Notes: generated by a model from the sequence alone, not told the origin. Shown: positions 53,213 through 63,096, counted from the first letter of the stretch. The stretch: DNA of 64,000 nucleotides from an uncultured Rhodospirillaceae bacterium (GCA_964474755.1 CAYYUG010000003.1:7580-71579), one strand, 5' to 3'. Translations and numbers: made by a program.

Positions 53213-54241
53213 CTAGCTTTCTGTTGAGGTGTAGTAAGTTCCCTTGCCCTCCTGCGGCAAGATCCCTTCGCCCTTGTGAACAATAACCCCTGCTGCTGAT
53301 GGGCGATCGTCTTCTCTAAGCCAGAGCCTGAGTATATGTCGTCTTAACGCTGGATCTGTTGCGTCCTCGAAGGCGGTTCTTGTGTGTAAGACACAGCAAT
53401 TGTTTGTGAAGCTAGCTTCGCCAGGCTCGATTGTCAGGTTCAGCTTGAAATCTTCCCGATTGGCCAAGCTTTCGAAGGTATCGAGGGCTTCAATCTCGTG
53501 ATCGCTGAGAGACACATGTCCTTCTTCGACGGCCAGATCGATGTAACCGCGAATACAGATGACACTGGGAACCCCATCTGTGATTGAAATGGTTGGAATA
53601 CGTTCGGGTGTGACGATAGGCTCTCCCGGAGGTTGCTCGCCAAAACGATGATGATGGAAGCCGCTGTATAAAGGTTCGACAAGTTCAGGATTTGAGGCCA
53701 GCATTTCGTTGTGGACGGCAAGTGCGCTCGCGTAACCGCTGATCCCTCCCTTTACCGCCTTACGCAAGCATAACATGCCGATATGATCGCATCGGTCAGT
53801 GTGAAGCTTCAATTCTCGGCTGCTGCGGTATGCTCGCTCGTTCCTGTCACTTCCCCCAACATTGACGACATCTGCAATTAACTCGCCGTTGGCGCTTTGC
53901 GAGACAGGCCGGCCAAAATGCGTGCCCAATCCTAAAAACAGAAGCCTAATATCTTCCAACGCCATGCGATCTGTCGGAAACCCTCGAAGCATCAAAAGAC
54001 CACGACCCTGTTGTATTTCACGACGCCAGGATTGCACGTCCTCATATATCGTTTTTAAGGGAAATGTCAGCGGGTTCAGTTCTTTATGGGCGGCTCCTGA
54101 CTTTTTGAATGAAGCTGTCTCCGATTCTAAGGCGTTGATTTGAGTCGATGAAAGGTCGATCGAAAAATCGTCTTTGGAGTTGAAATCGGTTGCCTTCCAA
54201 CATGCAGGATGGTCTATCGGCTGCGCCGTCGCGTGAGGCAT
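53213..54241 (-). CDS. TauD/TfdA-superfamily (clavaminate-synthase-like) Fe(II)/2OG dioxygenase
   Basis: ORF 53213..54298 (TTG) trimmed to ATG 54241 (GGAG upstream). LLMLRGFP, LKLHTDRCD (HxD) and NCCVLHTRTAF are typical of CAS-like members of PF02668. Confidence 0.7.
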   Translation of the reverse strand: MPHATAQPIDHPACWKATDFNSKDDFSIDLSSTQINALESETASFKKSGAAHKELNPLTFPLKTIYEDVQSWRREIQQGRGLLMLRGFPTDRMALEDIRLLFLGLGTHFGRPVSQSANGELIADVVNVGGSDRNERAYRSSRELKLHTDRCDHIGMLCLRKAVKGGISGYASALAVHNEMLASNPELVEPLYSGFHHHRFGEQPPGEPIVTPERIPTISITDGVPSVICIRGYIDLAVEEGHVSLSDHEIEALDTFESLANREDFKLNLTIEPGEASFTNNCCVLHTRTAFEDATDPALRRHILRLWLREDDRPSAAGVIVHKGEGILPQEGKGTYYTSTES

Positions 54242-54562
54242 TCCAAAACTCCGGCAGTTGCTATGTTTTTGCAATGACAACGTGTCTAATGATGGCAAGT
54301 AAAAGGGCCGAAAACAACGTCATGAGGCGCTTACATTAAAAAATTTTTACTCATATGCATCCAACTTTACATTTTGTATAGGAAAATTGCGCAGGGTTGG
54401 CGTTCAAATCATTTTATTCGGTTGCTGAAGAGCCGCACCGGACCTGAGCTAGTCGAGCCAAAGGGACTGGTATCGATGCGCCGATGAAGGCTGTCACACT
54501 AATGGATGATGGTTTTGTTTTTTCTTGCCATTCTTTCGTTATCAGACCGTCTTGGTCGGCAG

Positions 54563-54997
54563 TTAGTTTGTCGAATTTTGCTTTGTTCTCGTGCTGAGTT
54601 TGTACGTGACCAGTCCTTGAGCGATGTCTCTGTCTTCTGTGTCGCACACATTGATTTCGACAAACACTGTGGACCTTCCGCGGCGTTTGACTTTGGCATC
54701 GGCGATCAAGTCGGCTGATTTGCCAGGGTTAAGAAAATTGCAGGTCAATGATATCGTTGTTCCCCACGCGCCCTTATCCAATCCCTCATATGACCAAGCT
54801 GCCGCTGTCGCTGCATTGTCAATTAACGTGGTAATTGCACCACCATGGACACGACCTACTTCGTTTTGAACGGCGCCATCGGTCGGCATGCGAACGATGC
54901 AATTACCCTCCGATGCGTCATCAATCGTCATTCTCATTTGTTTGCCAATACTGCCTGTGACTATCTTCTCCGCCAGCGCTCGGTATTTAGCTTTCAT
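54563..54997 (-). CDS. PaaI-family (hotdog fold) thioesterase
   Basis: ORF 54563..55057 trimmed to ATG 54997 (AGGAG upstream). It contains GRVHGGAITTLIDNAATAAAW. Confidence 0.75.
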   Translation of the reverse strand: MKAKYRALAEKIVTGSIGKQMRMTIDDASEGNCIVRMPTDGAVQNEVGRVHGGAITTLIDNAATAAAWSYEGLDKGAWGTTISLTCNFLNPGKSADLIADAKVKRRGRSTVFVEINVCDTEDRDIAQGLVTYKLSTRTKQNSTN

Positions 54998-55134
54998 ATG
55001 TATCGCTCCTGATGAAATTTTAGCAGCAGTATGCCGAAGCGATCCGTTTGAGACCACGCTTCCCCTCCTCGTATTGCATCGGAAGGTTTCAGCATTCTAG
55101 GTTGGCGTGCATTTTAGTTGGGGTGATCAAATAG

Positions 55135-55629
55135 ATGGCACAAGAATTTCTCCTATCGAACGCAGATAAGTTTGTCGGACAGCAGATTGCTCTCACGGAC
55201 TGGTTAACGATCGATCAGGAACAAGTAGATCGTTTCGGAGAAGTTACGCGTTGGACGCCATGGATGCATACTGATCCAAAACGATGTGCTGAGGAAAGTC
55301 CTTATGGAGGCACTTTGGTGCATGGCTTCTTCATCGTCAGTCTGATTACATATTTCATGGAAGGTGCCGGCGTTCGACCCAAGGATGGTGCCTATTCATT
55401 GAACTATGGCATGGACAAGGTCCGGGTGCTGCGACCTGTCATTACGGGAGATGGAGTGCGTATCCGTGATCGCGTCAAGCTGATTGGGGTGACGGATAGG
55501 GGGGATGCTAAACGCCTGTTAAAAACTAGTCACGAGTTTGAGGTCGAGGGTCAGCAAGGTCCGTCTGTCTACGTGGAATATTTGAACTTCTGGTTTCCAA
55601 AATCTACAGATACAACCTTTAACCAATGA
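55135..55629 (+). CDS. MaoC-like (R-specific enoyl-CoA hydratase, NodN-like) hotdog dehydratase
   Basis: 164-aa ORF with FGEVTRWTPWMHTDP...GGTLVHGFF. Confidence 0.7.
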   Translation: MAQEFLLSNADKFVGQQIALTDWLTIDQEQVDRFGEVTRWTPWMHTDPKRCAEESPYGGTLVHGFFIVSLITYFMEGAGVRPKDGAYSLNYGMDKVRVLRPVITGDGVRIRDRVKLIGVTDRGDAKRLLKTSHEFEVEGQQGPSVYVEYLNFWFPKSTDTTFNQ

Positions 55630-56249
55630 GAGTAGCTACAGTGAAGGTAGAGTTCCATTTCGATTTCGGCAGTCCCAACGCCTATTTTTGTCATAAAATC
55701 ATTCCAGATATCGAAAGCCGTACCGGTGTTCCTTTTGAGTATGTTCCGGTTCTGCTCGGTGGCGTGTTCAAGCTTACGAAAAATCAGTCGCCGATGGTCG
55801 CTTTTGCCGGCATCAAGAACAAACAGGAATATAATCGCCTGGAAACACAACGCTTTATCATGAAACACGATTTGACGGCGTTCAACCGTAATCCACATTT
55901 CCCAGTAAATACAATTCAGATCATGCGGGGGGCTATCGCTGCGCAAATAGACGGTTTTTTAGAATCTTATGTAGATACTGTGTATCACCATATGTGGGAA
56001 GACCCCAAAAAAATGGATGAACCGGAAGTCATCCGGGCTGCTCTTAGCGGGTCAGGATTGGATGGTGACATGTTTATGGCTCGTATCCAGGATCAGGCAG
56101 TAAAGGATCGTCTTCTAAATAATACGGAAGCGTCAGTTGAGCGCGGAACATTTGGGAGCCCAACGTTCTTTGTGGGAGATGAGATTTATTTTGGTAAAGA
56201 TCGCTTGGGAGACGTTGAGGAGGCAATTCTTGCAAACTTCCGAAGCTAG
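55626..56249 (+). CDS. 2-hydroxychromene-2-carboxylate isomerase / DsbA-like thioredoxin-fold protein
   Basis: 207-aa ORF overlapping the upstream stop by 4 nt. FHFDFGSPNAYF and GTFGSPTFFVGDEIYFGKDRL are typical of the HCCA isomerase/GST-kappa family (PF01323). Confidence 0.75.
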   Translation: MRVATVKVEFHFDFGSPNAYFCHKIIPDIESRTGVPFEYVPVLLGGVFKLTKNQSPMVAFAGIKNKQEYNRLETQRFIMKHDLTAFNRNPHFPVNTIQIMRGAIAAQIDGFLESYVDTVYHHMWEDPKKMDEPEVIRAALSGSGLDGDMFMARIQDQAVKDRLLNNTEASVERGTFGSPTFFVGDEIYFGKDRLGDVEEAILANFRS

Positions 56250-56258
56250 AAGGCGAGA

Positions 56259-57296
56259 ATGAAAACATCAATTTCAATTGGCGCGTATGGCCGCCGAGAT
56301 ATCAAAGATGTGATGGAGTTCGTCGTTGAGGCGGAGCGGCTTGGTGTCGATCATGCTTGGTCTGCGGAGGCTTGGGGCACAGATGCGGTCACGACGTTGG
56401 CATATCTTGCCGCACGGACCTCTAATATCAAGCTTGGCACCGGCATCATGCAAATTAGCGCCCGCGTCCCCGCTATGACAGCTATGACTGCATTGTCACT
56501 GAACCGTCTTTGCGATGGCCGATTTATCCTCGGTCTAGGTGTTAGCGGGCCTCAAGTTGTCGAGGGACTTCAAGGTGTGTCTTACCAGGCACCGCTAACT
56601 CGTCTGAAGGAGAACGTTGAGATTATCAAAATTGCCTTTAAAGGCGAGAAGGTTGTTTATGACGGCAAGTACCATGTGTTACCGCGGCCCTATGGGGAAG
56701 GGAAGGCGATTAAGCTGGAACATTCACCCGCTGATATCCCTATCTTCCTGGCGACTTTGGGTCCAAATGCGCTCGAATATACCGGTGCGGCAGCAGATGG
56801 CTGGCTAGGGACTTCTTTCTCGCCGGACAATGCAGAGGCGCACCTTTCGTACATTCGAAAAGGGGCGGAGAGCGTTGGGCGTTCCCTGGACGACATAGAA
56901 CTGCACGTGGCGTGCGGAGTGGACATCGGAGAGGATGTCGAGGCGTTAATTAACGCGCGCCGGGCGGGGGTTGCCTTCCAGATGGGCGGGATGGGGTCTG
57001 CGACCACGAATTTTTATAATGATGCCTTCAAGCGCGCGGGTTACAGCGACGCTGCTACTGAAATTCAGAGGCTTTGGGTCGATGGCCGACGCGATGAAGC
57101 GCGCAAGATCGTACCCAATGAAATGATTACACAGTTCGGGGCTATCGGTACGCCAGATATGGTCCGTGAGCGCTTCAAGATATACAAAAAAGCAGGTGTC
57201 GACTCGTTAAGTCTCCGTTTCGACAACGCGCTTGAAACAAAAGCTAAGATTGAAATGCTTGAGCAGGTGATGGACCTGCTGAAAGACTTGGCATAG
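56259..57296 (+). CDS. luciferase-like (LLM) flavin/F420-dependent oxidoreductase
   Basis: 345-aa ORF. GTGIMQISARVPAMTAMTALSLNRLCDGRFILGLGVSGPQVVEGLQG marks it as a paralog of 4809..5837. Confidence 0.85.
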   Translation: MKTSISIGAYGRRDIKDVMEFVVEAERLGVDHAWSAEAWGTDAVTTLAYLAARTSNIKLGTGIMQISARVPAMTAMTALSLNRLCDGRFILGLGVSGPQVVEGLQGVSYQAPLTRLKENVEIIKIAFKGEKVVYDGKYHVLPRPYGEGKAIKLEHSPADIPIFLATLGPNALEYTGAAADGWLGTSFSPDNAEAHLSYIRKGAESVGRSLDDIELHVACGVDIGEDVEALINARRAGVAFQMGGMGSATTNFYNDAFKRAGYSDAATEIQRLWVDGRRDEARKIVPNEMITQFGAIGTPDMVRERFKIYKKAGVDSLSLRFDNALETKAKIEMLEQVMDLLKDLA

Positions 57297-57341
57297 TCGG
57301 TACGTTCTATTCACCTTTCAACGCAATTAAAGGAACTATCC

Positions 57342-58373
57342 ATGCGTGGTGTTTTGGTCAAGGAGTGGACCGAATTCGAGAACCTCACTTTGGAGGAATG
57401 CCCGGCACCGGAACTGAAATCGGGCGAGGTGAGAATTCGGACTCAGTCTGCCGGTGTTAGTTTTGCGACCAGCCTCGTAGTGTCTGGAAAATATCAGCGT
57501 AAACCGCCGCTTCCATTCGTGCCAGGTACTGAAATTGCCGGTATCGTGACGGAGAGGGCAGACGGAGTTGTCCATGTTAAGGAAGGGGATAGGGTGTGCG
57601 CCGTTCTTGATTGGGGTGGTCTTGCCGAAGAAGCCGTCGCGCATGAAGTGAACGTGTTCCCCATCCCCAACAGTCTGGAATTTAATCGTGCAATCTGTCT
57701 AACGAATTCATATGGAACATCATACGCGGCTTTGTGTTGGCCACATCTACTGCGCATTCGCGAAGGTGAGACATTATTGGTGCATGGCGCGGCAGGTGGC
57801 GTCGGAATGGCGGCAATTGAGATCGCCAAAATACTCGGTGCTACCGTCATTGCGACGGCCGGTTCGGACGAAAAACTGGCGGTTGCGAAGGAACATGGTG
57901 CAGATCATCGCATTAACTATCGCAAGGGTGAATTTCGCAAGAAAGTTCTCGAGATAACAGATGGCCGTGGCGCGGATGCTATTTATGATCCAGTTGGGGG
58001 TGAAGTCTTCGCTCAATCACTACGCTGCATAGCGCCCGAGGGTCGTATTATGCCGGTAGGGTTTGCTGGCGGTAACATTCAGCAAATTCCGGCCAATATT
58101 TTGTTGGTGAAGAATATCACGGTCTGTGGTTTGAATATGGGCTATTATGTGGGTTGGAGCCCTGACGATGTCCGCCACGAATATGGAGATCGCATGCGCG
58201 CCTTGATGGCGCAACTATACGATTGGTACGAGGCGGGGGATCTAAATCCTGTCATATCCCATACATTTGCGCTGTCCGCCTTTCAGCAGGCGATGTCGGA
58301 AGTTTTGGGGCGCCGCTCGATTGGCAGAGTAGCCGTGGTTATGGATGAAGAGGCGCGACGGCTGGGAAAATAA
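57342..58373 (+). CDS. MDR-family NADPH:quinone oxidoreductase / zinc-type alcohol dehydrogenase-like protein
   Basis: 343-aa ORF. It has VHGAAGGVGMAAIEIAK (AxxGxxG Rossmann) and a GroES-like N-terminal domain. Confidence 0.8.
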   Translation: MRGVLVKEWTEFENLTLEECPAPELKSGEVRIRTQSAGVSFATSLVVSGKYQRKPPLPFVPGTEIAGIVTERADGVVHVKEGDRVCAVLDWGGLAEEAVAHEVNVFPIPNSLEFNRAICLTNSYGTSYAALCWPHLLRIREGETLLVHGAAGGVGMAAIEIAKILGATVIATAGSDEKLAVAKEHGADHRINYRKGEFRKKVLEITDGRGADAIYDPVGGEVFAQSLRCIAPEGRIMPVGFAGGNIQQIPANILLVKNITVCGLNMGYYVGWSPDDVRHEYGDRMRALMAQLYDWYEAGDLNPVISHTFALSAFQQAMSEVLGRRSIGRVAVVMDEEARRLGK

Positions 58374-58585
58374 CGCTATAGAATCCAACATAGAGTTAGT
58401 TTGCCATCATAGCTTCGCTAACTTGCCGCCGGTTTCACTGCCGCTCAATTAGAGGACAAATACCGCGGAGTATTAATAGGAAGAGCAAATTAAGGGCTCT
58501 TATCTTTGGGTTTAGTGAATTTTTTAAGCCACAAATGAATGGCTATGAGAAACAAAAAAGGATGTATGAGAGTTCGTTGCTTCTA

Positions 58586-59788
58586 TTATTCCGATAGCCA
58601 GCGAACGATCTGCGTTGCCGCCTTTACCGTTAATACGATCTTCTCTTTATCAAGTGGTAGCGGCTGAGATGAAAATTTCGTAATTACACTTCCGCTTTGC
58701 CGGTCCACGAACAGAAATTGTCCGTGTACCCCGAACGCGAATATCAGCGGTGTTTCGCCATGCAAGGAATACCATTGGTTGCGGTAGGAAATATCGAGGC
58801 CTGGAAAATATTCCGCCAAAGTCCCGTCTTTCCATGCTTTGGTGCTGCCATTGCGTTCGATATCATCGATCCAGTTTTCTGGCACGATCGACGTTGTACC
58901 TCTCGATCCGCCCTTTGCAACCATGTGTCCAATCCTCGCCAGGTCTCTGGTCGTAGTGCACATGCCTCCGGCACAGCGAGGGGCCCCAAGTCTATCCACA
59001 GTGATATAAGCATTCTCAGTGGTCCCCAGTAATTGCCAGAGGAGAGTGCTCATCAGGTCCACATATCGCCGACCAGTTGCGCGTTCCATGACCCAACCCA
59101 GCAAATCATTATTTGGCGATACGTAATTTATTGGTCCGCCATGCTCTCCCGAACGGCCCTTTAATTGGTTGTAAAAATTACGCAGATCCGTTGCAGTTTC
59201 GCCAGGTTCTAGCGGGTTCCAATTGGTTGATTTTCGGTAGTCTATTATCAGCCCTGTGGTTGCCATATAGTCTTCGTCAAAATCGATGCCGACCCGCATG
59301 TCGAGGAGATGACGAACTGTTGCGTCACGATAGGCAGTCTCCGAAATCTCGGGTACAATTTCCGATACCAATTGCTCTGTATCCAAGTCTCCTCGTTCTA
59401 TAAGGATACCCGCTAAAAGAGCGAGCATCGACTTGCTGACGGACATTAATATGTGTGGCGTCCGTTGTGTCATGCCCGTCATATATTTTTCGAATACAAT
59501 TTTTTCATCGTGCAGGATCACGATCCCATCCGTTTGCGTTTCTTCGAGAAACCTATCGAATGAGATTAAATTACCGTCATTGTTTTCGATTTGGCAGTCG
59601 CCAAAATTGGCAGGTTCGGACACAAGTTCCAGAAAGTCACTCGTCGCAGCAGCGATATCGGCTGATGGGACGATTTCGCGTACGTGTTGGAACCCCCATT
59701 TGTTAAATGGCGGTGATCGCCAATTTGCAAGCGTAACTTGCGTATTAGGTGAAGGTGGAAAACCATTCATAATGGAAGCTTTGTTCAT
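58586..59788 (-). CDS. serine hydrolase, beta-lactamase/transpeptidase-like (class C / 6-aminohexanoate-dimer-hydrolase-like)
   Basis: 400-aa ORF with the SxxK motif in LMSVSKSMLALLAGIL. There is no signal peptide. Its ATG directly abuts the stop of the upstream TauD gene. Confidence 0.75.
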   Translation of the reverse strand: MNKASIMNGFPPSPNTQVTLANWRSPPFNKWGFQHVREIVPSADIAAATSDFLELVSEPANFGDCQIENNDGNLISFDRFLEETQTDGIVILHDEKIVFEKYMTGMTQRTPHILMSVSKSMLALLAGILIERGDLDTEQLVSEIVPEISETAYRDATVRHLLDMRVGIDFDEDYMATTGLIIDYRKSTNWNPLEPGETATDLRNFYNQLKGRSGEHGGPINYVSPNNDLLGWVMERATGRRYVDLMSTLLWQLLGTTENAYITVDRLGAPRCAGGMCTTTRDLARIGHMVAKGGSRGTTSIVPENWIDDIERNGSTKAWKDGTLAEYFPGLDISYRNQWYSLHGETPLIFAFGVHGQFLFVDRQSGSVITKFSSQPLPLDKEKIVLTVKAATQIVRWLSE

Positions 59789-60679
59789 CTATGCCACCTC
59801 TAAGGCAGTACCAGCCTCATCCACAGTCGGTCCTATCCCAGCAACTGTAGTGCGGTGCATGATACGCCGAAACCGATTAGCTTCGTAAGTAGTAGCTCGA
59901 TGAAGGACACAACGGTTGTCCCATATTACAAAGTCTAATGGCTGCCATTGGTGGATGTAGACGAACTCCGGTTGGCTAGCTTTGGCGACGAGGTCACGAA
60001 GTAGATTTCGACCTTTTTCTACTGGCCATCCGATAATGTAGGAAGCGTGTGAACCGGTGTAGAAGTTCTTCCTACCGTTCGCTGGATTGGTTCGTACCAC
60101 GGCATGCTGCACTGGAGGTACTTCTGCAAGGGTCTCCTTTGGTGCCTTATAACCCTTCACTAGGCTCCGCGAGTAGCCATAGTCATGTTCGGCAACAAGT
60201 CCGTCGAGTTGCCGTCGTTCTCTTTCGGGCATTGCTTTATACGCGGCTCTGCAGGATGCAAACTGAGTATCACCGCCCCTTGGCGGAACCTCTCGACCAG
60301 ATAGCATGGAACAGTAAGAGGGTATAGGCTTGAAGGAACTGTCGGTATGCCACATTGCGTTGCCACTATTTGATTTGAGGCGCGGATGCCCTGGCGGAAA
60401 GATTTTATTAGTCCGAAAGTCTACGTTCGTAATGTTGGCCACAGGAACGCCGCCATCACCTTCGCGTTTGTAAACAGTTGTTTCGAGTGGTCCCCACTGC
60501 GCGCTGAATTCGGTTTGTGAAACGTCATCGAATTGCTGATCGCGAAACACGAGTACCGAGTAATCATCGAGACCGGCTTTGAGATCGTCTATTAGTGAGC
60601 CATTAACCTTGCTAGTGAGATTTACACCGCTCACTTCCGCTCCAATATGCGGGGTGAGTTTCTTCAATCCGAACCGCAT
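59789..60679 (-). CDS. TauD/TfdA-family Fe(II)/2OG dioxygenase
   Basis: ORF 59789..60727 trimmed to ATG 60679 (MRFGLKKLTPHIGAEV...). It has WHTDSSF (HxD) and WQPLDFVIWDNRCVLHRA. Confidence 0.85.
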   Translation of the reverse strand: MRFGLKKLTPHIGAEVSGVNLTSKVNGSLIDDLKAGLDDYSVLVFRDQQFDDVSQTEFSAQWGPLETTVYKREGDGGVPVANITNVDFRTNKIFPPGHPRLKSNSGNAMWHTDSSFKPIPSYCSMLSGREVPPRGGDTQFASCRAAYKAMPERERRQLDGLVAEHDYGYSRSLVKGYKAPKETLAEVPPVQHAVVRTNPANGRKNFYTGSHASYIIGWPVEKGRNLLRDLVAKASQPEFVYIHQWQPLDFVIWDNRCVLHRATTYEANRFRRIMHRTTVAGIGPTVDEAGTALEVA

Positions 60680-60751
60680 GCCGGTTGGCCTTTCGAACGT
60701 TGCGCCTGCGACGAAGTGAAGCAACAACCTCGCACCGACGCAAGGAGGTGT

Positions 60752-61621
60752 TTATTCGGAGGATGACTGGAACGGCACCGGATACTTATCCGGCGGCAGG
60801 AATACGGTCGTTCGCTTCATTAGGCGTGGGGTGTCCGGATCAAAGGGCTCGCGCTGGTGCAACACGCGGCAATTGTCCCATAACACGATATCACCGCGCC
60901 GCCATTCGTGTTGAAATACGAATTCTGGCGCGGTCATGTGGATGACGAGTTCATGAAGGAGGGTCTGACTTTCACTCGGTAACATGTTCTCGATGCCATA
61001 GGTTTGCAGTGGGTCAAGATACAGGCTCTTGCGACCGCTCTCCGGTTGCGTCAGTACCAAGGGATGGACGACGTCAGGCGTTAGGTCCCGAATTGCATGG
61101 ACGTCAGGTTTTTCGGTAATGTCGACAGAGAAGATCTGATAGGCGAACTTGCCGCGTAATCTATCAACTCTGTTTTTCATAACCTCTGACAATGTCTCGT
61201 ATGCAAGTTGCGTGTTGGCCCACGCTGTTTTACCGCCATTTTCCGGCACCTCGATCGCATATAGGATCGATCCTGTATCCGGCTTTGGTTTGTAGCAACT
61301 ATCCGTATGCCACTTCGCTTCGCCGCTGGCCAGCGCGCCAATATTTTGGCCCGACTCCAGCCGCAAGTTTGAGACTAAGACGATTTCTGGATTGGATCGC
61401 GATCGGATATCGGTGCGCACATGGATATTGATATCGCCAAATTTCTTGCTGAATTCGATTTGTTCGATTTCGTTGAGTAATTGGTCGCGGATCAAGATGA
61501 CCGGGTGCTTGATCCAGAGTGCGTTGATTGCCTTAACCGATGGGTCGTCCAGCGCCCTTAGATCAATGTCGAGTATTTCAACGCCAAACTGTGGATGAAG
61601 AGGGCGGGTGCTAAGTTTCAC
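60752..61621 (-). CDS. TauD/TfdA-family Fe(II)/2OG dioxygenase (tandem with 59789..60679)
   Basis: 289-aa ORF with WHTDSCY (HxD) and WRRGDIVLWDNCRVLHQR. Its start overlaps the upstream stop by 4 nt. Confidence 0.85.
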   Translation of the reverse strand: MKLSTRPLHPQFGVEILDIDLRALDDPSVKAINALWIKHPVILIRDQLLNEIEQIEFSKKFGDINIHVRTDIRSRSNPEIVLVSNLRLESGQNIGALASGEAKWHTDSCYKPKPDTGSILYAIEVPENGGKTAWANTQLAYETLSEVMKNRVDRLRGKFAYQIFSVDITEKPDVHAIRDLTPDVVHPLVLTQPESGRKSLYLDPLQTYGIENMLPSESQTLLHELVIHMTAPEFVFQHEWRRGDIVLWDNCRVLHQREPFDPDTPRLMKRTTVFLPPDKYPVPFQSSSE

Positions 61622-63096
61622 TGCACTGTTTTTCCGAACAACATGGTGTCTACTTTTTCCTCGACTACGGTGCCTGCAAAGAATTTAGGGTTGAGTGCCG
61701 TGTGGAGGCGCGCGGTATTGCCAAAAGTGAAGGCTTTGAATTGCGTCTCATCCAAGGCACCTTCCTCGACGAGTTCGAAGGCTTCTTCGAGAACACCGCG
61801 CATATCGATCACGTCGAAATGTCCGATGTCGGAACTGAACATCGGGTTCAGCCGTGTTTTCTCGTTGTAGGCCCAGGCAGCGGTAGGGTCGTCTGCTTCG
61901 CAGCCAAAGAAAAAGCGTTCCTGGAATAGTGTCCGCAGGTCGGACGCACTTGTGACGCCCGACGTGGCAAAATCGTCTAAGTCGATGCCGGTTTCGTGCT
62001 CTCGTTGATCCAGTGTGTTGGCTGTGTAGAAAGGTTTTAGCGTACTTGGACCAGCAGCGATTGCCTCAACTTTTCCCTCATAGGCGCTACCGCCGTACCG
62101 CTTCAGCAGAGATGCTATTTCCTCCAAGTCTAAATTGGCTGGGCTCAGGTTGGAGCGCATCGCTGTGTCGTTTCGCTTTTCCCAATGTCCGATCATATCT
62201 GTTAGTAAATTGCACGCCCAAGCAACACCCCCCTCCAACATACCAAACCGCAGCAAGGGAAAGCGTTGCAGTACGCCGCCAAAGAGCAGGGCTTTTGCGA
62301 AAACGTGGCTGGCACCTGCGAAATGGCCGATATGATTGAAAGTGAAATTATTCACCGAGGCACGACCTTCCCAGCCCATGCTGCTGGAATGTGATGTCAC
62401 TGCGACGCCGGCATCAAAGCAGGCTTGCCAAAACGGGTCATAGTCGTATGGGCTTTCCATCGCTAGACAATCGATATAATAGCCACCAGACGCGTAGTAA
62501 CCGCCAGTTTCTCCATTACTTGGATCGATGTCGAGTGGGCGTCGCACATGGTTGGCTATCATTATCGCCTTCATGCCGAGTTCATGTGTTGCGTGATGGA
62601 GTTCCTCGATCGCCTCACCAGGTGTGTGCATTGGAATTGTAGCAACCGGTGTCATGCGGTCGGAGAATGGTGCGAAGAGTTCAGCGTTCATCCGATTTAG
62701 CGCGCGGCAGATGGTCGGGCGTAGCTCGGGGTCAGGAATAGATCCTTGAACTAAGCCTAAAGTCGTGTAGACAATGGCAAAATCGATGCCGAACTCGTCG
62801 AGCCGCTCATACATCAAGCCCGGCGCCATCGCCGTCGCCTTGTCTAAAGTATTAGCCGGTTCGCCCCACCAGGTTGGGCGGCGCAATCGACGCGTAAATC
62901 TTTCCTCTGCAGTCATCCCGTACCAGGCATCTTCGTGTTTCTTGTTCTGTCGGAATTTTTCGACTGCGGCGTTGCCTCCTTCCTGCTTCAGAAAATCAAG
63001 AAAGATCGGGACTGGTTCGAGCCAGTGGCCGTCGGCATCGATAATGGGATGGCGAAGCTGTGCGTGAATTTCCGCTGAGCGTGTCGTTGCCGTCAT
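61618..63096 (-). CDS. amidohydrolase-2 (PF04909-like) metal-dependent hydrolase/decarboxylase family protein
   Basis: 492-aa ORF. The N-terminal HPIIDADGHWLEP is the typical metal-binding start of this TIM-barrel family. Confidence 0.65.
   Translation of the reverse strand: MTATTRSAEIHAQLRHPIIDADGHWLEPVPIFLDFLKQEGGNAAVEKFRQNKKHEDAWYGMTAEERFTRRLRRPTWWGEPANTLDKATAMAPGLMYERLDEFGIDFAIVYTTLGLVQGSIPDPELRPTICRALNRMNAELFAPFSDRMTPVATIPMHTPGEAIEELHHATHELGMKAIMIANHVRRPLDIDPSNGETGGYYASGGYYIDCLAMESPYDYDPFWQACFDAGVAVTSHSSSMGWEGRASVNNFTFNHIGHFAGASHVFAKALLFGGVLQRFPLLRFGMLEGGVAWACNLLTDMIGHWEKRNDTAMRSNLSPANLDLEEIASLLKRYGGSAYEGKVEAIAAGPSTLKPFYTANTLDQREHETGIDLDDFATSGVTSASDLRTLFQERFFFGCEADDPTAAWAYNEKTRLNPMFSSDIGHFDVIDMRGVLEEAFELVEEGALDETQFKAFTFGNTARLHTALNPKFFAGTVVEEKVDTMLFGKTVQ

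Noticed and set aside
58481-58501. Hairpin AAGAGC-aaattaagg-GCTCTT after the quinone-reductase gene as a terminator
   Set aside because: The stem is short and AU-rich, the loop is 9 nt, and the T run is interrupted. This is too weak to call.
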